Part shown: positions 18,055 to 27,489 of the stretch, in pieces
How positions within the stretch are numbered: position 1 is the stretch's first letter
How the letters are laid out: each line of letters begins with the position of its first letter
Assembly (NCBI GenBank): GCA_900543275.1
Contig: UQQL01000001.1
Coordinates: 39,674 to 103,673, forward strand
Length of the DNA stretch: 64,000 nt
DNA from: an uncultured Collinsella sp.
Lineage (GTDB): Bacteria > Actinomycetota > Coriobacteriia > Coriobacteriales > Coriobacteriaceae
Direction of reading: 5' to 3'
The notes under the pieces: model-generated
Databases searched by the model: none
Seen by the model: only the letters and a program-made list of their open reading frames with translations
Told to the model about the DNA's origin: nothing
Translations under genes and position numbers: made by a program

Positions 18055-20958
18055 TTAGGCATTCAGCTTGACGATCGGTGCAAAGCCCTTCATTAGCTTT
18101 TTGGTCTGGCCGGTCTTTTCGAACTGAACCTCGATCATGTCTCCAACGACCGAGATCACAGTGCCCGTGCCAAAGGTCTTGTGACTCACGGTATCGCCCG
18201 CGGCAAAGTCCTGCGATGCGCTGGCGCGATCGACCTTGCGCTCCACCGTCGGGGACACCTTAGATGACGGCTTTTTGGCTCGCGGCGCGCCCGACCCAAA
18301 GGTCGAGGCAACGCGGCCGGCATCGGGCGAGACCCCACGATGGCGCTCGGTACCATAGGTGCTGCCACCAAAGAAATCGTCGAAGCTCGACCCGCCGCGC
18401 GAACCGGAACCGCCGGTCGAGCGCGTATGCGAGCCAAACACCTTGCCGCCATACATGTCCGAGCCCATACCCGAGCCAAAGGTGCCGTGTCGGTCGCCAC
18501 GCTTCTCCCAACCCGTGCCCTCAAAACCGGCAGAACCGATACCGCTAAACTCGATGTCCTCAAACGGAATCTCGTTGAGGAAGCGCGAGCGCGGGTTGGC
18601 AGAGGTCGAGCCGTAGGTGCGGCGCGTAGCGGCGTAAGTCAAGAACAGGCGCTTGCGAGCACGCGTGATGGCGACGTAGGCCAAGCGACGCTCCTCCTCG
18701 AGCTTGCCCGGATCGTCACTACCGCCAAAGTCGTGCACGTGCGGGAAGATGCCTTCCTCCATGCCGGCCACGAACACCGCGGGGAACTCCAAGCCCTTGG
18801 CGGAGTGAATGGTCATCATGGTGATGGCATGCGTCTCGCCGGCCAGAGAATCCAAGTCGGAGCGCAGAGCCAGCCACTCCATGAGTGCAGGCAACGCCTT
18901 ACAGGTGAGCGGGCCGTAGGTGCGCTCGATCTCATCGGCATGCACGGCACCGGCGGGCAGCTCTGTCGGCGCGGCATACGCGTTGCCCGCGATGGCGGCG
19001 GCCAGAGCATCTTGCGGAGAAAGCGCCGGGGCGGCCAAACTATCGAGCGGATTGGAGCCCGCGGCGTCACGGGCGCCGACAAGCGCCTCAAACGAAGACG
19101 CGGGCGCAGACGGGCCAGGCTCGGGCGCAGGTGCGCTCACCACAACGGGCTCGGGCTCAGCGTCGGCAGGCACATCGGCAACACCGGCCGCACGCAGCTC
19201 TTCCAAGCTCTCGAGCGTGCCTTCGATATCCTCGTGCGTCTCCTCAAATTCCGCCGCAACGCCCAGGAATTCCTGGATGTTCTCGGCGCGGCTCTCGGAC
19301 TCCATGGTGCCCTCGGCGCGGAAGGCCTGCAGCAGGCCCGTCTTGTCGACAATCATCTCGACGACGTCCTTGAGCTCGCCGTCCATGCGCCGGCCCTCGC
19401 GCACCAGCGCCACAAAGCTCGACAGGCCGTTGCGCACCTTGGCGCTAAACATGCCCGTCTCGGCCGTCGCAATCTCACAGGCTTGGAAGAACGAGCAGCG
19501 GTTGTCGCGTGCCAGCTGCTCAATCTTTTGAATCGAGGTGGAGCCGATGCCGCGGCGCGGCGTGTTGATGACGCGCTTGACGCTCATCTCGTCGGCCGGG
19601 TTCACGATCATCTTGAGGTAGGCCATGACGTCGCGGATCTCGGCACGGTCGAAGAATCGCGTGCCGCCGACGACCTTGTAGGGCACGCCCGCGCGCAGGA
19701 ACATATCTTCGAGGATACGCGACTGGGCGTTGGTGCGATAGAACACGGCGATGTCGTCGTAGCTCGTGCCCTTGGAGTGCAGCTTTTCGATCTCGCCGGC
19801 AATCCAGCGGCCCTCGTCGCGCTCATCGCTCGCTTGGAAGGCCTGAATCTTCTCGCCATCGCCCTCGGCCGTAAACAGACGCTTGTCCTTGCGCTGCGAG
19901 TTGTGGCGAACAACGGCGTTGGCGGCGCTCAGGATGTGACCCGTGGAGCGATAGTTCTGCTCCAGCTTTACGGTCTTGCAGTTTTTAAAGTCCTTCTCAA
20001 AGTCCAGGATGTTGGTGATGTCGGCGCCGCGCCAGCTATAAATGGACTGGTCATCGTCGCCTACGACCATGAGGTTTTGGTACTTGGCGGCCAGCAGGTT
20101 GGCGATCTCGTACTGGACGTGGTTGGTGTCCTGATACTCGTCGACGCTAATGTAGCGGAAGCGCTCCTGGTACTTGTCGAGCACCTCGGGGCGGGTGCGC
20201 AGCAGCTCGAGCGTGCGCACGAGCAGGTCATCGAAGTCCATCGCGTTGGCGGCGCGCAGGCGACGCTCCAGCTCCATATAGACCTGTGCGGCCTTTTTAT
20301 CGTTGGGGCTATCGGCAGATTTGAGCATGTCCTCGGGCCCGATCATGGCGTTTTTGGCCGAACTGATCTTGCTGCGGATCATGTTGATGGGGAACTGCTT
20401 TTGCTCGATACCGAGTGCCTGCATAATGTCGCGCACCATGCGCTTGGAATCGTCGTCATCGTAGATGGTGAACTGACCGGTATAGCCCAGCAGGTCGGCG
20501 TCCTCGCGCAGCATGCGCACGCACATGGCATGGAAGGTGCACACCCACATGCCACGGGTACCGCTGGGAATAAGTGCCGCCAGACGCTCGCGCATCTCGG
20601 CCGCGGCCTTGTTGGTAAACGTGATGGCAAGGATCTGCCAGGGCTTAACACCCAGGTCGCCGAGCATATGGGCGATGCGGAAGGTCAAGACGCGGGTCTT
20701 GCCCGAGCCGGCGCCGGCAAGCACCAGCAACGGGCCCTCGGTGGTCAGAACTGCCTCGCGCTGGGCGGAATTAAGGCTGTCGATGTCGACGAGCGGCTTG
20801 GCGGGCTTGGGCGCCGGCGCGGGAGCGTCGTAGATGTCGAGCGGAACGAGCTCGGGCTCCGGCGCGGCGGGGGCAGTGTATGCATCGAGCGGCACGGGTT
20901 CCGGCGCGGGCGGCACGGCCGCGGCGGTGTTCTTTTCCCAGGGCAAGGGCTGGGTCAT
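18055..20958 (-). CDS. pcrA: ATP-dependent DNA helicase PcrA/UvrD with a long low-complexity insert and a C-terminal Tudor-like domain
   Basis: Walker A AGAGSGKTRVL and SF1 motifs. A Gly/Ser/Ala-rich region of about 250 aa precedes the C-terminus. GAGGAG RBS before the MTQPLPW start. Confidence 0.9.
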   Translation of the reverse strand: MTQPLPWEKNTAAAVPPAPEPVPLDAYTAPAAPEPELVPLDIYDAPAPAPKPAKPLVDIDSLNSAQREAVLTTEGPLLVLAGAGSGKTRVLTFRIAHMLGDLGVKPWQILAITFTNKAAAEMRERLAALIPSGTRGMWVCTFHAMCVRMLREDADLLGYTGQFTIYDDDDSKRMVRDIMQALGIEQKQFPINMIRSKISSAKNAMIGPEDMLKSADSPNDKKAAQVYMELERRLRAANAMDFDDLLVRTLELLRTRPEVLDKYQERFRYISVDEYQDTNHVQYEIANLLAAKYQNLMVVGDDDQSIYSWRGADITNILDFEKDFKNCKTVKLEQNYRSTGHILSAANAVVRHNSQRKDKRLFTAEGDGEKIQAFQASDERDEGRWIAGEIEKLHSKGTSYDDIAVFYRTNAQSRILEDMFLRAGVPYKVVGGTRFFDRAEIRDVMAYLKMIVNPADEMSVKRVINTPRRGIGSTSIQKIEQLARDNRCSFFQACEIATAETGMFSAKVRNGLSSFVALVREGRRMDGELKDVVEMIVDKTGLLQAFRAEGTMESESRAENIQEFLGVAAEFEETHEDIEGTLESLEELRAAGVADVPADAEPEPVVVSAPAPEPGPSAPASSFEALVGARDAAGSNPLDSLAAPALSPQDALAAAIAGNAYAAPTELPAGAVHADEIERTYGPLTCKALPALMEWLALRSDLDSLAGETHAITMMTIHSAKGLEFPAVFVAGMEEGIFPHVHDFGGSDDPGKLEEERRLAYVAITRARKRLFLTYAATRRTYGSTSANPRSRFLNEIPFEDIEFSGIGSAGFEGTGWEKRGDRHGTFGSGMGSDMYGGKVFGSHTRSTGGSGSRGGSSFDDFFGGSTYGTERHRGVSPDAGRVASTFGSGAPRAKKPSSKVSPTVERKVDRASASQDFAAGDTVSHKTFGTGTVISVVGDMIEVQFEKTGQTKKLMKGFAPIVKLNA

Positions 20959-21176
20959 GGGCGACTCCTCATCTGACGGACGGCGCGCCTGCGGGCAGCG
21001 CCATAGTTTGAGCCGTACCAGTATACCGAGCCGCGCGGACACCGACGCAAATCACACCACGACTCCGTGCGCCACCGTCAGGCCCGCCCCAGCGGATTTG
21101 GCGCAATGGGTTCAGGTTACTTTGCACCAATCTATTGACAATCACGAAACCGCCGATGTCATGGCAGCAGCAGCGA

Positions 21177-21276
21177 GCGGCGGCCAGAGCGAACAAATTG
21201 GCATGAAAAGAGGGCGGCATAGACCTTTTGGTCATGCCACCCTCTTTGAATGACAAGTTGTCGCTCTGGCCGCCGC
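21177..21276. repeat. nested inverted-repeat element (19-bp outer arms plus inner hairpin) between uppP and pcrA
   Basis: gcggcggccagagcgaacaa ... ttgtcgctctggccgccgc, with inner aaagagggcggcat/atgccaccctcttt. Confidence 0.5.
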
Positions 21277-21291
21277 GCAGCGTCAACCAAG

Positions 21292-22272
21292 TTACAGGCC
21301 GAGCATAGGCTCCAGAACGAAGAAGTACGCGAGCACCACGATGCCCAGGATGATGCGGTAGACGCCGAAGCACTTGAAGTCGTGACGGCGAACGAAGCCC
21401 ATGAGCCACTTGATGGCAATGAGCGACACCACAAAGGCGACGACGCAGCCCACGCCCAAGATGGCGATCTCGTTGGTGCCGAACGCGCCGCCCTTGATGA
21501 AGTACTTGACCAGCTTGAGCGCACTCGCGCCAAACATGACAGGGATGGCCAGGAAGAACGTGAACTTAGACGCCACCGAGCGCGTGCAGCCCAAAAGCAG
21601 GCCGCCGATGATGGTAGAACCGGAGCGAGACGTACCAGGCACCAGCGAAAGCACTTGGAAGCAGCCGATACCCAGCGCAGTCTTCCAGCTTAGATCCTCG
21701 AGCGTGGCGATGGAACCAAAGTCCAGATTCTCGTCATCGTCCTCATCCTCAGCGGTAGCCGTGGCGGGCGCCGCAAAGTGCGCACCGGCGGGACGTTCAC
21801 CCGACACCACAGCACGCGAACCAAACGAACCGGCAACGGCCATTTCCTCGCGCTTGCTCGCGCGCCAGTTCTCGATCACGATAAACAGCACGCCGTACAC
21901 GATGAGCGCCAGCGCCACGACGGGAGCATTGTAGAAATGCTCCTCCATCCAGTCGTTGAGCGGCAGGCCGATCGCCGCCGCAGGAATGCAACCGAGCACA
22001 ATCTTGCCCCACAGCACCCAGGTGTTGCGACGGCCCTCCTTGCCCTTGCTGGGCGAGAACGGATTGAGCTCATGGAAGAACAGCACACAGACGGCCAAAA
22101 TGGCGCCAAGCTGAATCACGACCAGGAACATGTTCCAGAACGTCTCGCTCACGTTCATCTTGACGAACTCGTCCACCAAGATCATGTGACCGGTCGACGA
22201 AACAGGCAGCCATTCGGTGATGCCCTCGACCAGGCCCATGAAGGCAGATTTTAAAAGCTCGATGATATCCAA
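21292..22272 (-). CDS. uppP: undecaprenyl-diphosphate phosphatase UppP/BacA with an acidic insertion
   Basis: GLVEGITEWLPVSSTGHM signature. TTG start after GAGGGGG. The 100-aa upstream extension in the track is not coding. Insert AEDEDDDENLDFG. Confidence 0.8.
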   Translation of the reverse strand: MDIIELLKSAFMGLVEGITEWLPVSSTGHMILVDEFVKMNVSETFWNMFLVVIQLGAILAVCVLFFHELNPFSPSKGKEGRRNTWVLWGKIVLGCIPAAAIGLPLNDWMEEHFYNAPVVALALIVYGVLFIVIENWRASKREEMAVAGSFGSRAVVSGERPAGAHFAAPATATAEDEDDDENLDFGSIATLEDLSWKTALGIGCFQVLSLVPGTSRSGSTIIGGLLLGCTRSVASKFTFFLAIPVMFGASALKLVKYFIKGGAFGTNEIAILGVGCVVAFVVSLIAIKWLMGFVRRHDFKCFGVYRIILGIVVLAYFFVLEPMLGL

Positions 22273-22520
22273 AGGGACCCCCTCGTTAGACACCCGCCGA
22301 TATTGTTCTGCGGACGGTGCGGGCGATGTCCCATTATCAACCGTTGGCGGCGCGCCTGCGCCTACCCTTACCAAAAAACTCGCCCGTTCACAGAATTGCG
22401 AGCGGTCAAACCCAAATCCTTGGGTATAACTGCAACAAGATAAAGTGTCCGGCGGCCAACGCGCCCGCGCCCGCCCGATGCACGAGCCCCGCGCCCGTGC
22501 GATAGACCAAGGAGGAAACC

Positions 22521-22958
22521 ATGAACGAGGGCTACACCAAGGTATTTGTTTCACTCGACGGTACTGAACAGCAGGATTTTGTGCTCGCACGCGCCATCAA
22601 GGTCGCCGCGAACAACGGCGCCAAGCTAATCATCGGCCACGTTATCGATTCCACGGCGCTCGAGAGCGCCGGTTCCTATCCGGTCGATCTGGTCAACGGC
22701 CTAGAGGAGGCATTTAAGAACTCCATCGCCAAGCAGCTCGAAGAGGCCAAGGCCAATCCCGACATTCCCGAGGTCGAAGTCATGATTCGCGCCGGCCGTA
22801 TTCGTGAGACGCTCAAAGACGAGATGCTCGACGTGGTCAAGCCCGACCTGGTGCTCTGCGGCGCCCGCGGCCTGTCCTCGATCAAGTATGCGCTGCTGGG
22901 TTCGATTTCGACGTTCCTGCTGCGCAATACGGACTGCGACATTTTGGTCGTGAAGTAG
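22521..22958 (+). CDS. universal stress protein UspA family
   Basis: USP fold (KVFVSLDGTEQQDF...GARGLSSIKYALLGSIS); AGGAGG RBS. Confidence 0.85.
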   Translation: MNEGYTKVFVSLDGTEQQDFVLARAIKVAANNGAKLIIGHVIDSTALESAGSYPVDLVNGLEEAFKNSIAKQLEEAKANPDIPEVEVMIRAGRIRETLKDEMLDVVKPDLVLCGARGLSSIKYALLGSISTFLLRNTDCDILVVK

Positions 22959-22974
22959 CGTTGCTCCCACCGGC

Positions 22975-23075
22975 CGCGGGGCCTGCGGGGTTTCCACGGG
23001 CACGTCCTCGCCGCGTTGCGGCTGCGGGATGTGCCCTTAGGAAACCCCTCCCGGCCCCGCGGCCTTCGCAGCCTT
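22975..23075. repeat. nested imperfect inverted repeat downstream of usp
   Basis: ccgcggggcctgcggggtttcc ... ggaaacccctcccggccccgcgg, with inner gggcacgtcc/ggatgtgccc. Confidence 0.4.
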
Positions 23076-23115
23076 ACTTCAGCGAGTTGGCTGATAAAAG
23101 ATAGCGTGCCGCCCC

Positions 23116-23185
23116 GTTTGGGGTGGCACGTTTTGTTTGGGGTGGCACGTTTTGTTTGGGCTGCACGTTTTTGTTTGGGTGGGCG
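23116..23185. repeat. tandem repeat, 19-bp unit x about 3.7 (gtttggggtggcacgtttt)
   Basis: Two identical units, a third with two substitutions, and a partial fourth, immediately 3' of the histidine kinase gene. Confidence 0.7.
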
Positions 23186-23198
23186 TCTGCCGCGTGCG

Positions 23199-24242
23199 TT
23201 ACTCGAAATATTGAAACTTATTCGTTGAAAACGCGAATGTTACGACGAAGCCTTCGCCGAGCTCGGATGCCGCGGTGACGTCGATGCCCATCTTGGAGCA
23301 CAGGCGCGCCACCAGGTAGAGGCCGATGCCCGTTGCGCGCTTGGTGGTGCGGCCGTTGTCGCCGGTAAAGCCCTTCTCGAACACGCGCGGCAGGTCGGCC
23401 GCGCTCACGCCGCAGCCGTTGTCCGCGACGGTGAGCTCGATGCGTTCGCTCGCCAAGCCCTCGTCCAGCAATGCGCCCGAAAACACGATCTTCGCGCCGT
23501 CCTCGCGCGCATATTTAATGCTGTTCTGAATGAGCTGACCCAGGATAAATTCGAGCCATTTTTCGTCGGTAAAGACCTCAAAGTCAAGGTTCTCGCACAC
23601 CGGAGCCACATGCGCCGCAATGAGCTCGCGCGCGTTGGCTTTAATCGCACCCGTCACCAAGGTCTTAAGATCCCAGCGGCGAATCAGGTAATCGCGCTCC
23701 ACGACTTCCGAGCGCGCATAGTACAGCGCCTGATCGATATAGCGCTCCACGCGGGCCAGCTCGCGACCCAGGTCATCCACGCGCGAGAGGTCACCTTCGC
23801 TGCCGTCCAGGTTTTCCAAAATCAGATGAGCTGCCGCCAGGGGCAGCTTGGCCTCGTGGACCCAGCTCTCGATATAGTCGCGATAGTCATCGGTCTGACG
23901 TCGGCCTTCGGCAACCTCGTCGCATGCCGCCTTGCCCACCCGGCACAGGACCTCGTACTCGAGCTCGCCCTCGGCATAGGTTGGGCATTGCACCATCTCC
24001 TGCACCCATGCGGGACTCTCGAGCTCCTCTGCCGCGCGCTCCAACTGACGCAGAAAACGGCGACGGCGAGCGTACTCGATCACGATGCCGAGCATACCGA
24101 AGATAAAGGACACGCCAACCGCCACGACCACGATAGAAACGGGTGCGCCGGCGACCGTCAGCACAAAGCAGCTCAGCAGCACGCCGCACGTCCACACGGC
24201 GACGGGAAGCAGTGCATCTTTAAAGAACTTGCCAAACGACAT
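23199..24242 (-). CDS. sensor histidine kinase, intramembrane-sensing type (two TM helices, no extracytoplasmic domain)
   Basis: N-terminal two TM helices, H-box VHEAKLPL, HATPase_c N/G boxes (NSIKYA, DNGCGV, GIGLYL). Confidence 0.85.
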   Translation of the reverse strand: MSFGKFFKDALLPVAVWTCGVLLSCFVLTVAGAPVSIVVVAVGVSFIFGMLGIVIEYARRRRFLRQLERAAEELESPAWVQEMVQCPTYAEGELEYEVLCRVGKAACDEVAEGRRQTDDYRDYIESWVHEAKLPLAAAHLILENLDGSEGDLSRVDDLGRELARVERYIDQALYYARSEVVERDYLIRRWDLKTLVTGAIKANARELIAAHVAPVCENLDFEVFTDEKWLEFILGQLIQNSIKYAREDGAKIVFSGALLDEGLASERIELTVADNGCGVSAADLPRVFEKGFTGDNGRTTKRATGIGLYLVARLCSKMGIDVTAASELGEGFVVTFAFSTNKFQYFE

Positions 24243-24251
24243 AGCCGGCCC

Positions 24252-24923
24252 CTAGACCGAATAGCCTTGGCCGCGATGCGTCGTCAAATACCCCTTGATG
24301 CCGATTTTTTCGAGCGTGGTGCGCAGGCGGTTGATGTTGACGGTGAGCGTATTGTCGTCCACGAAGGCGTCGGAGTCCCACAGGTCCTGCATGATGGCCG
24401 AGCGCGAGACGATCTTGCCCGCGCGGCTCAGGAGCAGCGAGAGAATGCGCAGCTCATTTTTGGTGAGCTCGGTGCTTTCGCCGGTCGCCGTGTTGGTGAC
24501 CATAGAGCGGGCGAGGTCGAGCTCCAGCCCCTTGTGGACGAGCGTGCTGCGCTCGCCTGACGCCGCGGTGCGACGCAGCAGTGCGTTGATGCGCGCCACG
24601 AGCACGCGCGCGCTATAGGGCTTGGGAACAAAGTCGTCCGCGCCGAGCGTCATGGCCATGACCTCGTCGATCTCGGTCGTGCGCGAGGTGAGGACGATGA
24701 TGGGGACCTCGGATTCGCGGCGAACCTCGTGGCAGATATGCTGGCCGTCCTTGACGGGAAGCGTGAGGTCGAGCAGCACCAGGTCGGGCGCGGCGGCCAG
24801 GATGTCACGCGAGACATGCTCGAACGACTCGCAGGCCTCGACCTCAAAACCGGCACGGGCAAGGATATCGACAAGCTCGCGACGAATGGGCTCGTCGTCC
24901 TCAACGACATAAATCAGCGCCAT
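24252..24923 (-). CDS. OmpR-family response regulator
   Basis: REC domain (YVVEDDEPI...LLDLTLP) and a winged-helix output domain. Confidence 0.9.
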   Translation of the reverse strand: MALIYVVEDDEPIRRELVDILARAGFEVEACESFEHVSRDILAAAPDLVLLDLTLPVKDGQHICHEVRRESEVPIIVLTSRTTEIDEVMAMTLGADDFVPKPYSARVLVARINALLRRTAASGERSTLVHKGLELDLARSMVTNTATGESTELTKNELRILSLLLSRAGKIVSRSAIMQDLWDSDAFVDDNTLTVNINRLRTTLEKIGIKGYLTTHRGQGYSV

Positions 24924-25092
24924 GTGTCCTCCCGTTTCTCGTAACTTGCACTTTCCACACCATTATGCCCACGGCGTCGCAGCGATGCGACCCCGTGGGC
25001 ATCTAATGTGACAATAGTGTTCGGTAGCCTTGAGAGAGAGTAGGGGCCCTCGGTCCTAAACCGATCGGCCCCATCACTTCGGCCTCGAGCCT

Positions 25093-26222
25093 CTACTCGA
25101 GCGTACGCATGTACGCCGAAATGGCATCCAGGCCCTTCTGCAGGTCATCGGTGTTGTCGGAGTATGCATAGCCGATGCGCATGCTCTTGGGTTCCTCGAA
25201 GCAATCGCCCGGGGTGACGAGCGCGCCGGACTTCTTAATCATGTCGGTGCAGAACGTCCTGGAGTCAATGTCGTAGTCGTAATACACGAGCGCGGTGCTA
25301 CCCGCCTCGGGCTTGACGAACGACAGGTGCGGCTCGCTCTCGACCCACTTCTCCAGAACAGCAAGGTTCTGACGGACGATGCGACGGCTGCGCTCAAGGA
25401 TCACGGAAGCGTTGCCCAGAATCAGCTCCGCCACCGACTCGCTGAATATGCCGGCGGAAATCAGGTTGTAGTCGCGATGCGAGAGCAGCGCGCGACGGAG
25501 CTCCGGGCTCTTGGTGACCGCCCAGCCCAGACGCAGGCCGGCGAACGACCAGACCTTGGACATGGATGCGGTGGCGACGGCCTTGTCGTACAGGTCGACC
25601 ACGGACTCGGCGTACTCATCCGTCTGAGTAAGCAGACGGTAGACCTCGTCGCAGAGCAGCCACGCGTCGTGTTTGCGTGCGACCTCGACAATCGCCTTGA
25701 GCGTATCGGCGTCGAGCAGGGCGCCCGTGGGGTTGTCCGGGTTATTGATGCAGATGAGCTTGGTATCGTCGGTCACCAAGGCATCGAGTGCGTCGACGTC
25801 GACGTGGTAACCGTTCTTGCGATCGAGCTGAAGGATATCGACCTTCGCACCGCACATCTCGGGAATCGAATAAAGCTGCTGGTAGGTGGGCTTGACGGAG
25901 ACTACATGATCGCCCGGTCGACGAGCGTGGAAATAACCAGGGAGTTGGCGCCGGTCGCGCCGTGCGTGGGCACGATATGCCCGGGCTCGACCGTCTTATA
26001 GAGACGCGCGACCCCCTCGAGGAAGCCGGGCTGTCCCTCGATGTCTCCATAGGTGAATCGGCGCGAGCACAGGCTATCGAGCCACGCCTTCTTGTCGGTG
26101 TTCGTAAGCTCGAACAGCTGGTCGAGTGTGAGGGAGTAGACGCACGTCTCCGCAACGTTGTGGGTGCACTTGGTCTCCCACTCGTTCATCCACTGCTCGA
26201 CGGCGAAATCCTTGATCTGCAT
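25093..26222 (-). pseudogene. class I/II PLP-dependent aminotransferase disrupted by a -1 frameshift near 25905
   Basis: N-terminal ORF 25902..26222 ends ...ISTLVDRAIM*. Shifting by one base continues as PGDHVVSVKPTYQQLYSIPEMCGAKV into ORF 25093..25857. One C appears missing in a CCGGG run. Confidence 0.7.
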
Positions 26223-26246
26223 TGTCGTTTCCTTTCCTTGACTTTC

Positions 26247-27278
26247 TTACAGTTCCACCACGGTGCCCAGCCCCGCCTCGACGGCGCGGTCGTAGGCGAT
26301 TTTCGATGCCGAAAGGTCCTGAACGGCGATGCCCGACGTATCGAACACCGTCACCTGTTCGTCATCCGAACGTCCCGTAGCCGTGCCGGCGATGACTTCA
26401 CCGAGCTCCGCTTTGATGTCCTCGGGGGTGATGGCACCCTCGGCAACCGGAATCTCCAGCTCGCCGGATGCGACCGATTGCTCGCGGTCGTCGACGTAAA
26501 CAGCGGCGCGGGCGACAAGTGCCGAGGCGAGCTCCTGTTTGCCGGGCATGTCGGCACCGGCGCAGGAAATATGCGTACCGGGGCGCACCCATGCATCGGG
26601 GATGATGGGCTTGGTCGCCGGCGTGATCGTCACGATGATGTCGGCCTCTGCCGCGGCGCCTTGGCCGTCGGCCGTCGCCTCGATGGAATAGGTGGATGCC
26701 TCGCGAGCATGCTCGCAAGCGCCCAAGATATGGGCGACCTCGTCTCGCATGCGCTCGACGCGAGCCTCGGGCGCGGCATCGGAAACCGGCTCCCACACCT
26801 TGACCTCGCTCACTTTGGGACAGGCGGCGAGCACGCCCGCCACCATATAGGTGCTCATGTGGCCGGCACCCGCAACAAGCAGTTTGGACGCATCCGCCCG
26901 AGCCAGCCACTTGGCGCCGAGCGCAGCGGCAGCACCGGTGCGAAGTCCAGTGACGGCGGAGGCATTGAGCAGCGCCAACGGCTCGCCCGTCGCGTTGTCG
27001 CACAGCAGCGTAGTGCCAAAGATCTCGGGGAGCCTCTTTTTGGGATTCTGAGAGAACCAAGCAGTGAGCTTCAGGCCGAAGAGGCCGCTTCCCGCCAACT
27101 CGCCCGAGCGGATATCCATATCGGCCACGCCGGGTTCGAACTGCTCATATACCATCGGCCACGCAACACCCTTGCCCGTTGCCTTCTGGCGATATGCCTC
27201 CTCCACGGCAGCGATTGCATCCTCGATCGTCAGCACCTTGGAAACTTCCTCGGCCGAAAGCACCACCATCTGCCCCAT
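26247..27278 (-). CDS. ornithine cyclodeaminase/mu-crystallin family protein (possible ketimine reductase or cyclodeaminase)
   Basis: OCD_Mu_crystall family Rossmann motif (LLVAGAGHMS); AAAGGAG RBS. Confidence 0.85.
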   Translation of the reverse strand: MGQMVVLSAEEVSKVLTIEDAIAAVEEAYRQKATGKGVAWPMVYEQFEPGVADMDIRSGELAGSGLFGLKLTAWFSQNPKKRLPEIFGTTLLCDNATGEPLALLNASAVTGLRTGAAAALGAKWLARADASKLLVAGAGHMSTYMVAGVLAACPKVSEVKVWEPVSDAAPEARVERMRDEVAHILGACEHAREASTYSIEATADGQGAAAEADIIVTITPATKPIIPDAWVRPGTHISCAGADMPGKQELASALVARAAVYVDDREQSVASGELEIPVAEGAITPEDIKAELGEVIAGTATGRSDDEQVTVFDTSGIAVQDLSASKIAYDRAVEAGLGTVVEL

Positions 27279-27489
27279 CATCGCTCCTTTCAGCGAAAGC
27301 TTTACGTTGCTTCACTGTACGGTTTAGTAACGATGCCGCCAAGGATCATTTTTTGTTGGAATCTACAACAATTCTTAATCTGATTTTTTGCTCTATCAGC
27401 AGATATTTGAACTATTTCTCGCATCAACGGCATACGGATGTGCGATTATCCTTTTTATGCCGGTATTTATTGTAGTGATTTACAGGGTG

